Notes: a model not told the origin generated them from the sequence alone. DNA of 63,967 nucleotides, filler included, from Reticulomyxa filosa (GCA_000512085.1; 18 parts of 18 records of this genome joined end to end with filler, not necessarily neighbours in it); one strand, 5' to 3'. Numbered from the whole stretch's first letter, positions 50,036-63,690 are shown. Numbers and translations: made by a program.

Positions 50036-52898
50036 TCAATGATATGTTGTTTGACCAAAGAGACAAAAAATTAAATGCATTGAAACTTTTGTTTTATGAA
50101 ATTGAAACAGTCTTGTGGGATCTCTTCCATACAATACAGTTACATCAGTAATAGCGAATGTTGACGTCTGTCCTGAAAAGATACTTTTTTTGTTTTCGAC
50201 AGGCATTGAATGATCATTTAGTCGTGGAGTTTTTTTCATGCCAAACATTAAATAGTTGACGTATCTCACGGCCACATAATTCAATAAAAGGGACATGATG
50301 AATATAATGGTCAATAAAAAGAAATAAGTGAATCGAATGCGATTCGTTTTCATGTTGAGCGTCCATGTTGCGTGAGAAAAGGAGATCATTTCTGTAATTT
50401 GATGAATGGATATAACAATGACAAATTAAGCTTGTGTTTTTTTGTTTTTCGAAACTGTATTTTTGGACCAGCCAATCGAAAGCAATTTCAGTGCCAACAA
50501 CGATCAGTACAATTAATTTTGCCTGGCATTGTGCAATCATGAAGCACTTGGAGCTGTATGCAGTCTTATATAACTCATAGGCATAATGATGATCATAAAC
50601 AGTCCATTTTTTCGTTTGATTGTTCGGAGATCTGTTTTGTGGCTTGATTGGTTCCAATTCGATGTTGTCCGTGCTGTTCCATTCCCCTCGCTTGCTTTGT
50701 GATGTCGCATGTACACGTCGATGTGAATCCCCATTGATATGAGTTCCATCGAGATCGCTTTGGCTGTGCGCCGAATCGTCATCGAGCGACTGCGAAGGGG
50801 TGTGCGACAACTCGGTGACGTCGTCGTAGATTAGATCGTGTTCTTGACTAGATGTTGCCTCCATTTTCAAAGACACAAAGCACAAACAACATTGTGATCA
50901 CGACAACCAAAGCAAAGCAAAGCAAAGCAAAGCAAGAGCAAGTGAACTTGAGCTTGATCTGGAGACGTGACAGGAGGCGATTGATGCGAATAGACAAAGG
51001 AGTCGGAGAAAGAGTTGGAATGGAAACAGCAAGAAAATACGCGAAACTTGAGAAAGATGTGAACGAAATGAAACAGACGAGTGATGTGATGAAAGTCTTT
51101 GATGAAAAGAAGAGCAAGCAGCAAATACCATTGAAGCGTGTGATAGGGAATGACGATGAACATATAAATTTGCGTGATGTTTGTAGCCAAAAGCACGGGA
51201 TAACAAAAAATGAAATTGTTGGACATTGTCGACAAGGAGTATTGACAAAGCTTTTGAATCAGCATTTCCAATAGCTCGCTGATGACCAATAGGCTAACAA
51301 AAATGATAGGAGAGATGGCTTGCGAAATGCCTTTGGATACGTTTGTACTTTTGTCGTTGAATTTGTCTGGAACGTACGTATAAATCAATTTGGGCAGCAA
51401 ACCAAATATCAAGCCTTTTGTATTCACACACACACACACACATGCATTGTAAAATATTGCAAAAATAATAAAATAAAGAACATAACAAGGTCCAATGACC
51501 AACATAAACACAAATAAGACCATATATCCCACATCGTGTTCGATGGTTGCATTTGTGCCCATATCGGCGTGGCCTGTGTTGTCACTGTCGCTAATGCAAC
51601 ACAGCCAAGTGAGTTTCCTTTCGTCTGTTGCAAGCGACAACAAAGAACACGATTACGAGGTTACGAGGTTGTTGCAAACAATACAAAGAAAGAGAGAAAC
51701 TGACAAGAAGATCGCGAAGATCGCAAGAAGAGTGATCGCTTGGATTGGTACTTGTCATAAGCGATGCGAATCAAAATCAACAGCAGCGTCGCGACGACAA
51801 TGGCCGTTACAACGATCCTTTGCAAAGTGTTTGAGGAAATGGTCCATCCAAACAAGTGGTATCTGTCCTGCGATGCGACGTAACTGCCTCCAAACACATT
51901 GTTGAACCACATCCAATCGCACAACATCCAAGCCAACACACATGGGATCGCCACAAACCAATAGCACGAACTTCGCACTGGTGGATGTGGAAACAATAGA
52001 GGACTTGTCACCAACACATTCGCCATTAGCCACATGTCTGCCGCGGATCGCACTGCATTCATCGGTCTGTATACGCATACACAAATATGTGCACGCATAC
52101 AAAAATGTGTACACGTATATATTGAGGTACATTGCACATGTTAACACAATAAATAAATAGACTTATTTACACATCAAACACTCGGCTAGCGACAATCAAG
52201 AGAATCCAAGGGACTCCCATAATTATCATCAACAGACGACCTCGACGAAAGTCCTGTGGCGGTCGATGCGTAAACAGATGGAATGGCCACACGAACACAA
52301 CCAATAAGTTAAATCCGACAAATATTTGCAATATGATAAATGCAAAGTTGTCATTGAAATACACTCTCTCATTCGTGTCATTATATTGTCGCCATCCTGT
52401 TCGATATAACATCACTGTGCCCATTGTCACCACTGTCGATAATGCCAACAGCTTCAACACGGGGTTTTTTATTTCAAAGTAATGATGTCCAAATATACCC
52501 TCCCATCCATTTCGTACTTCTTTGCTTTTTTTTGTCTTTTTATCAAACGTGTTGTTGTTGGGTACATTTTTCAATTCCTTGTCATACAACTCCATTTTAT
52601 TTGGAATATACACTATGTCTTCATTTTGAATTGTCGTGTACTTTGGAATCACTTCGCCAGAAACCAACAATGGCAGTTTCATGTCGCCTTCATCATGTAA
52701 ATTTGTATTCGAGAATGATGTTCTTTTTTTCTTATTTGTGTTCGATACCACTGACGCAAGTGAGGTGTAGCGGTTGTTCGCTTTCATTGTTGTTTTAAGT
52801 TCGTTTTTTGAAAATTTGCTTTTTGAATTACGTCTTTTCTTAGTTCTGTTAGACGCTTTTTTCTCTTTGTTAGCAGTTGCATCAACTGAATTTCCCAT
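50036..52898 (-). CDS. Hypothetical polytopic membrane protein (multi-exon)
   Basis: Consecutive minus-strand ORFs carry many hydrophobic helices and a basic hydrophilic N-terminus starting MGNS. No family was recognised. Confidence 0.6.
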
Positions 52899-54789
52899 TT
52901 TTCAATGTTTGAAATTAAAGAAGTGGACGTTCCTTTCAGGGTTCAAGAATTTAGCATTTAGGCTTGGCAAAACTAGAAAACACGACTTACACCAATAATT
53001 GAAATTCAGGAAACTTTGCAGGTTGCATTTTCTCCTTACTTTTTCAAAGAGCCATCAAACATTACAAGTACAACGATCAATCTCATTATTTTTGCTTTGA
53101 TATTCGCTTTTTTGTTTTCATTTTCAATGCTTACTCACACATTCAACAGTTATGATGTTTTGCTTAAAATAGTGCTATAGCTCAGCAAATTTGCGTACAT
53201 TGCTTAATTGAATTTGCTTTTTGTGTCATAAAACTATTAAATGAGTTTTTGGAACTATACATTATAGTTATAACAGACTTTTGTCTGTGAAATTTGAAGT
53301 AAATTAAGAATTTCTGTTGTTGCTTGATGACATTGCGATCAAAATTTAAAAAATTTATTAATAAGTAACTATTACAACAAAATTTCAACTGACGAAAGTC
53401 TTATATCTTTTTTGCCATAATGGTTGGAAAAGTCCGACGCATATTGTTTGTAGTTTGTTTACTAAGATCTAACATGAAAGATAAAAAAATTTTAAAAACT
53501 TGACTAGGCTCTTTTCTGAAACTATCATTTAAATAATTATTTGTGATGTGAGGGTAAAGTAATAGAAATCCATAATGCAATAATATCGTTTTTGTAGTTT
53601 CACTAATACTTTTAATTTTAAACTATTGTTTTGTCTGCTAGTTTCTTACTTAGAGCTCAATACAGATTCAAAAATCTAAACATTGTTTGTTTTTAGCAAA
53701 TATAATTTTCATTTGCTTGACAGGGAGTGTGACAGGAAAAAAATTTTTAAACTAGGATTATACATTTTTTTAAATCATTCACTTGTAATGTTTATGGAAG
53801 TAAACGATCTTGAGAAAATTTTCAAACACAAAAAAATTTACATTTTATTTCAAATGTTTGCATTGTTGCAGTGTAAAAAATCTACAAAAATATTAAAGGA
53901 AAGTTTGTAGAAAAAATTAATGTTTGAACAAAAACACGACATCTCGTGTGGATGAAACTTTTTTCCTCTTGTCAACATTGTGGCTCTCGCTGATGTTATA
54001 ATAGAAAACAATGAACTAATTTTGTATTTAGTTTATTCTTTGGTTGACAAAAACGTTGTTTCGGACTTGTATGGACAACACAGAAGTCAAAACGTTAGTT
54101 GTATTGTTATGATAAGTAAAACATAAAAAAAGATATATAAACAAAAACCTAAAAAAAAAGATTGTGCCATTTGCCTGCGACTGCATTGGATAAAGAATGT
54201 TACTTGTGTTGCAATATAGCTTAAGTAGGAATCAAGTAGTAATAGTTTGATTTGAACGTAATTCAGATTTTTTACTTTAATTTATTAATTCAGAATAATA
54301 TCAATATTAGAAATAATATAATTTATTCCAATAATCGCATCAACCAACCACAATCTTATTGAGCGCTAATATTAGTGAAAATACATATTTACTCTGGCCA
54401 ATATTGGAAATATCATTGATTTGCAAGCTTAACTTTGAAGTAGTGTCGAATTTTAGTTATTGCAAGAGATACATATTATATATTGTTTTAGTTAAATGCT
54501 GAACAAAGTTGCCAGTAATAAGAATTTTATCACGAAAATACGAATTAGATATTACTAATATGTAAGTATATCTATTTCAAAGAATGTGAAAAAAATCTAA
54601 TTTTTGTGAGTATAAAACTCTTGAGTGCGGATACGTTTATTTGGAGGCTTGCTCGCTGTGATTATTACAACACAACTAAAAAATTTGCANNNNNNNNNNN
54701 NNNNNNNNNNNNNNNNNNNNNNNNNNNNNNNNNTTAATTAATTAANNNNNNNNNNNNNNNNNNNNNNNNNNNNNNNNNNNNNNNNNNNN

Positions 54790-55600
54790 ATTTTTTTGGA
54801 TTTCCTATTTGTAATGATTGAACTTGAAATTCTTTATTTTCTGTTCCCAATAATACAATTCTTCGATGTTCATAATCAAATACAATTCCATATTCTCTCC
54901 ATATTTTATCATTTAACATCCAAATTGTTTTTGGAACAAATAAAGTAGTTTTATATCTATTTTTATAATTTATAATTTATAATTTATAATTTATAAAATA
55001 TATATAAAATATATATAAAATATATATACAATAAATTAAATTACATTGTTTGAGTATTAATCCATTTTTTATAATGTTTCCATACTGATAATAATTGTAC
55101 TTGATCTGGATAATACCAATTACCATCTTTTCCTTTTTTAAATCCAAATTCTTGTAAATTATTTTGCATTTGTATTAAAGATGAATTTTCATTCATATTC
55201 ATTTGTTTATATTTATTTTTTAATCTTATATTTAATGCTTGATTGTCAATTTGATGATATTTCATTTTTTTGGGATAATTTAATAAATTCCACAATACAT
55301 GTAAACACATTTCTCTTAATATTTTTAATTCATTCGTTTCTTCTGATCTATTTTTACATATACATATATAAATAATATTCTTAATTCAAAAATATTTTTT
55401 TATAACTTTTCGATATTGTCAGTAGAACATGCTTCATTCAATTTCAAAAGTGTGTCACCATAAATTTTATTGCATTTAATCCATGTTTCCAAAATCAATT
55501 TCTTTTTTATTCGATTACCAAAAACTTCTAATAATTGCATCAATTGATCTTGTTTTTCAATAGGTGTACTATATTCAAAATAAAAATATTCATAAGAATA
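54790..55600 (-). CDS. PUB-like domain protein fragment, possibly a pseudogene
   Basis: 'LHVLWNLLNYPKKMKYHQI..AL..L...LQEFGF' fits the PUB pattern (NI..P...KY..I..GF). The upstream exon (55560-55420) appears frameshifted and the gene is 3' truncated. Confidence 0.55.
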
Positions 55601-56034
55601 TTATCTTTTTTTATTTTTTTATTTATTTAAAAAAAAAAATAGAGCAACTTATTTTCGGCGATAAAACGCAAGATCGCCTTTGTTTCAGCCAAATTTTCAT
55701 TACAACAAGTCCATGCCCTCAAAAGGATTTCTTCTTGTATATTGGAAAAATATTGTTGGAGTTGCTCCATTTCTTTTTAAAAACAGAGATTATTACAAGA
55801 AAAGCTAGCAAGTTTTTTTTTCTGTTCTTTCCCCCTTTCACTCCACTTAGAAATTCACTAGACTTCAAGAAGTGAGAAGACTGAAAACAAAAAAAATTTG
55901 TATTGTAAATTACATTTATTTTGGTATATTTACTTTGTGAAATACTGAAAAAGCTAATGTCGTGCTTGTGAATACCGTATAGCCACAGTAGTGCGTGTTT
56001 GACCCCTTTTTATTTCTAACTTGAATAAACGAGG

Positions 56035-57024
56035 ATGAGCAAACAAACAGCACTCCGCTCTCTTCTTCGAGAAAAGAAAAAGGCAGCAAATGCGTTATCT
56101 TCTTCACAAATTGCACAGACTGGACATTCTACCTCGTCCACAAACTTTCACTGCTCAATATGCAATCAAACCCTTCACTCTTCAAGAGCCTGGGCGATCC
56201 ACCAGCAGTCATCCAATCACAAAATACTCGTTCAAAGAATAGAGTTGCTCAAAGGGGAAAAAGACGCTAAAGACAAAGAAAAAGACAAAGAGGCAAAAGA
56301 TACAAATGAAACAAAAGATACAAAAGATGTAAAAGATGAGAAAGAAACACAAGCACAAAAAAATGCAAATGAAAATACAAATGAAAATGACAATGGAGGT
56401 CTTCCAACTGATTTTTTTGATGCTGCGTTGAAACATAAAAAATTAACACAAACAAATAAGGTAAATAAAACCGAAAAAGAAAAAGAAAAAGAAAAAAAAG
56501 AAGTTGGAAATGAAAATAAAAATCTTCTTTATCCTCATTTATCACTGGAAATGCGAATGTTATTCCATCACATCAAAGTGACATTCTCGACGAAACTGAG
56601 TTTTTTTACTTTCTTTTTGGCGTTTTTGTATTTGCTATATTTATTAACTTATATCTTTCATTTGTTTGTTTGTTTGTTTGTTTATTTTAGTCACGCCTTG
56701 CAAGAATTAGAAAAAGAATTCCAAAAACAGAAACAACAACAACAACAACAACAATCGGTCCAACCTTCCGATGGAGGTGAACAAGGTGAGTTTGTCTCCT
56801 TTCTTCATCAAATGCACCAACTTGAACACTCTCATTCTTTGCAACATCTTCGATCTTTGAAACGTTCTTATCTCGCTCTTTCTCAAACCCGATCTCAACC
56901 TTCTTCACAGTCTCAATCATCACATTCCCCACATCAATCGCCTCATTCTCCGCCACTTAAAAGGCATAAACCCAACTCGTCTCCTCCTCCCCTCCAAGAA
57001 GATTGGAGATCCAAAATTATTTGA
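56035..57024 (+). CDS. ZNF830/CCDC16-like C2H2 zinc-finger protein
   Basis: 'LRSLLREKK', zinc finger 'CSICNQ..W..H..S.NH', 'LPTDFFD' and C-terminal 'DWRSK'. The hydrophobic stretch at ~56597-56690 is probably an in-frame intron. Confidence 0.65.
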   Translation: MSKQTALRSLLREKKKAANALSSSQIAQTGHSTSSTNFHCSICNQTLHSSRAWAIHQQSSNHKILVQRIELLKGEKDAKDKEKDKEAKDTNETKDTKDVKDEKETQAQKNANENTNENDNGGLPTDFFDAALKHKKLTQTNKVNKTEKEKEKEKKEVGNENKNLLYPHLSLEMRMLFHHIKVTFSTKLSFFTFFLAFLYLLYLLTYIFHLFVCLFVYFSHALQELEKEFQKQKQQQQQQQSVQPSDGGEQGEFVSFLHQMHQLEHSHSLQHLRSLKRSYLALSQTRSQPSSQSQSSHSPHQSPHSPPLKRHKPNSSPPPLQEDWRSKII

Positions 57025-57667
57025 TTTTTTAAAATTTCACGTTTTCTTAATTTTTTATTCACAAAAATTAATTTACAAGGCATAAACTTCAGCCCTACAT
57101 CGAAATCACCACTTTTGTTCAACAAAATTTCTCTAATCTTCTCTCAAACTGGTTATAACCTGAACTAAGTCATTCACTAACGTTGGACTAAAAAATTTGC
57201 GATTGTTGATGTTTATTGGATCTAAAACATTTAAAAAGTGAAAAAGCCAATTATTTTAGTAACATTTGTATTGAAATATCATTTAATCAAGTATCAAATT
57301 ACTCGCACAATTAATTTGTACTACTAAATTTTTTATAACTGCAACATTTAACACAAACAAACAATCATTGCACAAAATAGCCCACAATGAGGTAAATTCT
57401 AACTTTCCAAATGAGGAGGAAACTACGATATGACGTAAAGGTTGTTATTTCAGCAAGTTAGAAGATCAAAAGAGGAAAAAAAAGAAAACTAAAAGGGTTG
57501 TATTTTTGGTGATGACACTAAACATGTGATTTATGATAGTACAATATGTTTACCTTTTTTTTCTCCCTTCTTATTTTTCCATTTTCGTTGCCGAAGAAGA
57601 TGCCAGTAATAATAATATAATAAAAAGATTATCAACTAAAAAAAACGGATTAAAAAAGCATTGTCGA

Positions 57668-59335
57668 TTAACCTTTAATGACAGCAATAGGCTTTAATTG
57701 AATACATTTTTTGGAAATGCCAGCAGTATGGCAAACATCAACAACAGAGGTGACATCTTTGTAGCTTTCCGGAGCTTCTTCCATGACTAATTTGGGTGAA
57801 GCAACACGAATGCTGATGCCTTGTTTTTTCAAGTCATTCAAGACATCTTTGTAGTCCAAAGTCTTGCGCGACTTATTTCGACTCATAGCTCTGCCAGCAC
57901 CATGACAAGTACTGCCAAATGTATCTCTCATGCCTTTTTCCGTGCCGGTCAAAACGAAGCTGGAAGTGCCCATCGTTCCTCCAATCAAAACCGGCTGTCC
58001 AATGACTTGATAGTCAACAGGGATGAGAGGATGATGAGGAGGAAAAGCTCTTGTGCTACCTTTGCGATGAACCAGCAGCTTCATTAGTTTCCCGTCCACC
58101 ATGTGTTGTTCAACTTTGGCAATATTGTGAGACACATCATACACGACATGCATATCAAGATCATCCGCATCTTGCTTGAAAATTTTTTGAAAAGCTTGTC
58201 TTTTTGTTTGTTATGTTTTTACAAAATTATGTTTTGCTTACGAATCAAAAAATACGTATACATACACAAAAAACGTTTTTTATCCTTAATTTTTTTTTCC
58301 TTAAAAAAAAAAAAAAAAAGAAACAAACCTGGCCAAAAAGGTCATCGAAGAACGATTGACCCAAGCATAATTAGCAGCAGCGGCCATAGCGTCCAAGTAT
58401 TCTTTTCCTTCCTCAGAATTGATTCTAGCGCAAGCAAGTTGTTTATCATTGGTGTGTATTTTGTCACGAGCCATGGCCTTTTCCATTTTGACCAAAGCGT
58501 CAGTGGCGACCTGGTGTCCCAAGCCTCTGGACCCACTGTGAATCATCACGCAAATCTGGTTGACACGGTCAATGCCCATTTTCTTGGCGGCGCTCTTATC
58601 GAATATCTTTTCCACGCGCTGCACCTCCATGTAATGGTTGCCAGCGCCGAGAGTACCCATCTGCGGCAGTCCACGCTTTTGCGCACGTTGCGACACCTTA
58701 GTCGCATCGGCGTTGAGCATCCTGCCGTACTCCTCGCAATGCTCCTTATCTTCGGCCCACGCATAGCCTTGACGAATGCTCCAATCGATGCCCATTTCCA
58801 AAGCCTGATGCAAGTCCTTTGGGGTGGTAGGGATGATGCCTTTCGACCCCACGCCCACTGGGATGTGGTTAAACAATGCCTGCGCCACAGACTCTTGGAT
58901 GTCTCGCACGTCTTTGTAGTCAAGGTTCGTTCGCAACAATCTCACGCCGCAGTTAATGTCGAAGCCCACTCCTCCTGGGGACACCACCGACTCGGGGTTT
59001 TCCATGTCAAATGCTGCCACGTTGCCGATTGCAAAACCGTATCCTGCGTGCACGTCTGGCATTGCTATCGAATGCTTCACGATCCCGGGCAGGCCTGCCA
59101 CGTTTGCTATCTGCTTTACTGCTGGCAGGAAACCTCCGAATTGGTTGCGGTTGCTAAACTCTTGCAACTCGTCCATACACAGCTTTTCTAATTGGTCGTC
59201 CGCGTAAAACTTACCCACTACGCGCATTCCCGGAACAAAACCTTTGTCGATTATCTTCAGGTTCGGGAACTCTTTGGGCCCGTTTTTTATATAACGTGCT
59301 TCTTCACTGAAGCTACGGTTTTGTCCTAACGACAT
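57668..59335 (-). CDS. RTCB: RNA-splicing ligase RtcB (eukaryotic HSPC117 type)
   Basis: '[13 protein letters not shown]', '[14 protein letters not shown]', '[11 protein letters not shown]', 'HSGSRG', 'HNIAK..HRKGST', 'STCHGAGR' and '[10 protein letters not shown]'. ATG at 59335, intron 58328-58200. Confidence 0.97.
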
Positions 59336-59770
59336 TGTTCTTTGCTTTTTTTTTTTGATACTGTGCTCTATATGCGAAAAATGTGCAAATGTGAGCAACT
59401 ATTATGCAGATTTTAATGATAGAGTTTTTTCGATTTCAACATTATACAACCCAAAACTCATTTGGGGACCGCTTCGTTAAGTTTTCGTTTTCCAGACAAG
59501 GAAAATAGTAATTGACAACAAATGCATCCAGAAAAAGTTTCCCTTTTGTCAATCGCTTTCAAATGCACAGTATCAAACATAACCATTCAGCAATACACAG
59601 AATATGAAACTTTATTGTATTTTTTTCTTTCCCTCGGCACCGGAGGGGAGGAGGAAAAGGGGGGAAAAAAAAAGAGTACAAAAAACTGAAATTTCATTAA
59701 CCCAATTGTATTATTTCTCTGTCTCCAATTTACACCCAACAAAAAAAGCACAGTTTGAATGGACATATTG

Positions 59771-61490
59771 TTACTCTTCTTTGAAATCCTCGTCCACTTT
59801 GAACTCTGACTTTTGTTCAGAGATGGTGACTTTGGTGTTGTGCGACATCCAAAGAAACAGAGTGAAATCATTGGAATTGATGTCCGACGTTTTGACCTTT
59901 TGACCACGGAACCATCCTCGGGGGAAAGTGAATTCAACGGTTTTGGAAAGCGTGTTCAGTTTCATGGAGACACTGTCATTTTGTTTCCACAAGCCGCCTC
60001 GATTTTGATAGTGAAGGGTTTCAATAGGAGTGATGTCTTTCCAAATCATGCCTGAGTTACAAAACACGGCGCCTTTGAAGTCGTTGGGTTTGACATATTG
60101 GTCGGCGCACATTGTCGTCAAGTAGGGTTTGACGATATTGACATAGGACTTTGGACACCAGCCTAATGCAAACTGAACCGTGCTCGACTTGTTTGTTTCG
60201 CCTGTGTCGTACCAAGCAAACTTGAATTTGCATTCAAGCATCAAGCCGCGCAAGTGGTGTGGATGTTTGCTGTTTTTGTGATTGCGAGCAAAGCATTGGC
60301 GATCCTTGGTGATATTTATCACATCTCCTAACCGAATCAAGCAAGACTCGCCGGTTGAGTTTATTATCGTAGTGCGGTTGTCTGCAAACTTGCACTTGCC
60401 TTTTCGAACGTACGACAATTCTAATTTCAAATATTATTTGTCATTTATTATTATGTTGTTTGAATTTTGTGTTTATTATTATTTTATTTTTTTAAAAAGC
60501 AATATACATTATATACATATATATATAAATATATATATGTATATAATGTATATTGGTCCTTAATGTTTTTTTTTTTTTTTTTTAAAAAAAAAAGACTAAA
60601 CTGAAAGGTTCAGTGAGAAGGGGCGTAGGTTCTCCCCACTCTCCCCAACCAAAGGCATTTTTCTCGCGTATGCGAATCAAGAACAGAGAGGATGTGTCCA
60701 AGCCATGGATATACAGGACGCGATCATTGTCCGACTCAGACGACAACAGCCCACCTCCCATTTCGCTGTTTCGCTTGCGACTTGTGCTGGCACTGGCGCG
60801 TCTGTGTCCAGCACGCGAGCTTTTCTTGTCCTCTTTCTCGTCCGTGTTCTTGTCGATATCGCCGTCGTCCCCTCCGTCGCGTTGATTGCCATTCACCGTC
60901 GACACCTCGCCGTTGCGCACGAGCGTCTTCCATTGTAATTCGCCACTCTTTATCACCGACGCCACATACGTTCGCAGCCTTTGATGTGCCGAGTTCGTGC
61001 CGCCAAATATCGACAGCCGTCCCAAACCTGTTCGCGCCACGTGCGAATTGTTGAACACCGCTTGGCCGTCTTCCATCGCTTTTGCATGTCTTCGATCGCA
61101 CTCGACGCGGCAATACTCCACCGCAAAGTGGGACGACATCAATGATGGATGGATATTCTTTGCTGGATTCCAAGTCACCTATTTTTATTATTTTTTTTGC
61201 CCCATCCACCCAGAAGAAGAAGAACAAAAACAAATCAAATCAATCACTTTTTCTCTTTGCTATTCATTTTTATACAAAGTTTTTGTTCTCGTGCAAATCA
61301 ATTGCAAGAAAGAGACGATGCATGTTAACAACATATACTAATTATATGTATATTTTGAAATTAAAAAAAAAAAAAAAAAGGGGTAACTTTGGCATAGTCA
61401 TAACCAGTGCGCGCCACCTTGACAAAAGGAGGAACTGGTTGATCACAGTGGTCTACTTTGAACGTGTCCAGAATCTTTTTTTTTCACAGG
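59771..61490 (-). CDS. Fibronectin type III plus SPRY/B30.2-like protein, 5' truncated
   Basis: FN3 motifs 'TWNP..FAVEY..IHGLDTSSLFLIRIREKNAFGWGEWGEP'. The last exon has a beta-rich 'FALGW...WKQNDSVSMKLN...TVEF' SPRY-like pattern. Confidence 0.6.
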
Positions 61491-61499
61491 ATTAATGCC

Positions 61500-61540
<41 letters not shown>

Positions 61541-61724
61541 NNNNNNNNNNNNNNNNNNNNNNNNNNNNNNNNNNNNNNNNNNNNTTAATTAATTAANNNN
61601 NNNNNNNNNNNNNNNNNNNNNNNNNNNNNNNNNNNNNNNNTCCTTGTACCTCTCCCCTCCCCCCCCCCCCTTCCTTTATTATATTTGCAAATACTTTTTG
61701 TTGTTGTTGTTAAATTGTATATAC

Positions 61725-62317
61725 TTCGATTTGTTTGATCGCCACATGCTCTTGCTGATAAATACAATGTATAATGTCTCCAGTGACACCATCCCAACTT
61801 TGCGGATGATTTGAAACAGCTTTCGTATGTCTCGATGTGCATTATCTGGAGAAAACCAAAGCTGAAATGACTTTGGAATGGGAAGATAACCGTCCGCTGC
61901 TAAATGTACATGCTTTCTTGGCGATTGTGTTTGGGTTGGTGTTGGTGTTGGTGTTGGCGTTGCTGGGATTGGGACTGAGGATTGTTTTGACGCTGATGCA
62001 CTTGCTTCACAATGTCCATTTCCATTTGTTGGCGTTTCTGGTACATTTGAATTACTCTTATCTCTCAAATACTCAGCAGATACTTTTTGATTGCTTGTTT
62101 GTGAGTTGTTTGCGATGTCACTTCCATTACTCAATAACGGGTGTTTGAATTCATTCTTCTCGTTACCGTCTACGTCTTTGCTGGTTGGCTCGCATGCACT
62201 GAGCAGTACGGTCTTTGTCGGCTCACTTTGCTGTTTGTGCAAGATTGCCGTTTTTCGCTCGGTATCTATCGTCTTTTTTGAATCAATATTGGATTTCTTT
62301 GAAAAACAATTGCCCAT
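61725..62317 (-). CDS. First exon of a putatively N-myristoylated/palmitoylated protein (MGNCFSKK)
   Basis: MGxCxS start, low-complexity S/T/P region, and a probable GT donor near 61724. The contig ends after that. Confidence 0.6.
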
Positions 62318-63390
62318 TATTCAGTTACAAAATGTTTTAAAAGTTGCGTGGGGGTTACGTCATTTAAAAACACTTTCACTTTCTCTCAAAGTCGCTCTTG
62401 CCGTTCTTAACTTCTTCAAAAAAAAACAAAACAAAAAAAAAAAGAGTGGTTCTATTACACTGAACAAAAATGTTTAAGTTAGTGCTCATCAACACATGTG
62501 CCTTGTAGATTGTATTGATAACTTGGATAATTAATATCTCGCCCAGACAAGACTCAAGCATTAAGAAAGTAACAATCTTTCTCTATTATTTTACTTTCTT
62601 TGGTTACTTTTGGTTGTATGACGTAGGAACAGTGTAAACGGTCAACAATTCATAACATTTTGGATTATATACTAAGCAACGCTAAAAAAAAAAAAAGAAG
62701 CACCAGCAGTTTTATGCTTCAAAGCCTGTACAATGCGTCCAACTGTCATTCAGTTGATAGCTTCGCACTTGACTTTACTTAAAAGACTACACATACACAC
62801 ACACACACTCCATTTTTACTGAGTACTTTTTTGTGTTTAAATTACCAAATCAGGTACTTNNNNNNNNNNNNNNNNNNNNNNNNNNNNNNNNNNNNNNNNN
62901 NNNTTAATTAATTAANNNNNNNNNNNNNNNNNNNNNNNNNNNNNNNNNNNNNNNNNNNNGGGATGATAGACCAATATATTGCAAACACATTTGTGAAATT
63001 CCGGTGAAAAAAGCTCGGTGTGGTAAAAAGTTAGACCGCAATCAGTTTTGACTATGTTATGGGACCTTAAGTGAGTATAACTGAAAATTGACTTATGATG
63101 AAATTGTATTAAAATTTATAGAAATTGAAAAGTGTATTTGAATAGTTCCAGTATTTTTTTTGCAAAATTTTTTAAATTGTTTTTTTTGGTCATCCAGAAG
63201 ATCTAAAGCAACAGTTGAGTTTTTTGCTTTTACAGTTTTTCCGTCATAACATAGTCCGTTTCAAAAGCGATCGCAATAATGCTATAATATTACCGATTAC
63301 AACAATATTTTTTTTTTTTTTTGGTTTTTTAAAATAGGAATTCTTTTTTTATAAAAGTGGAAATCACATAATAGTTCTAACATTAACAAC

Positions 63391-63690
63391 ATAAGCAATT
63401 AAAACACAGCACAAAAATCAGCTTTGATCCAAAATTTGAAGGACTTACCCATTCCACTTTTCCGACCTTAATGTGTGCTACGCAAATATGAAATTCTTGT
63501 TTGTGGTGGCTCTAGCCAAAGTGACTGTTATTTTTATTATTTACTTAAAAACAAATGCAATTTTATCTGTTCGTATCCAAGTGACGTTGAATTATTAGGG
63601 CACTGTAGTGAATAACACAATAAAGACAGCAATGAAATCACTTTATTGTCTTTTGGTGGAAAAAGAAACACACATTGCTTATGTGTGTAA
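63391..63690 (+). pseudogene. Kelch-family pseudogene, paralogous to the gene at 4050-5292
   Basis: 'ISN*NTAQKS..QNLKDLPIPLFRP*CVLRKYEILVCGG..CYFYYLLKNKCNFICSYPSDVELLGHC..EITLLSFGG' aligns with the N-terminus of the Kelch gene. The ATG is lost and there are in-frame stops. Confidence 0.88.

Noticed and set aside
58103-59191. 362-aa plus-strand ORF
   Set aside because: It is the antisense shadow of RtcB.
7071-62959. Recurring TTAATTAATTAA flanked by Ns as a CRISPR-like or biological repeat
   Set aside because: It is a synthetic six-frame-stop contig linker of constant 100-nt length.
63391-63690. TAA at Gln positions as evidence of a ciliate-like TAA=Gln code
   Set aside because: Intact genes here (WD40, RtcB, cytochrome b5, MATE) end in TAA and have no internal TAA, so pseudogenisation is sufficient.
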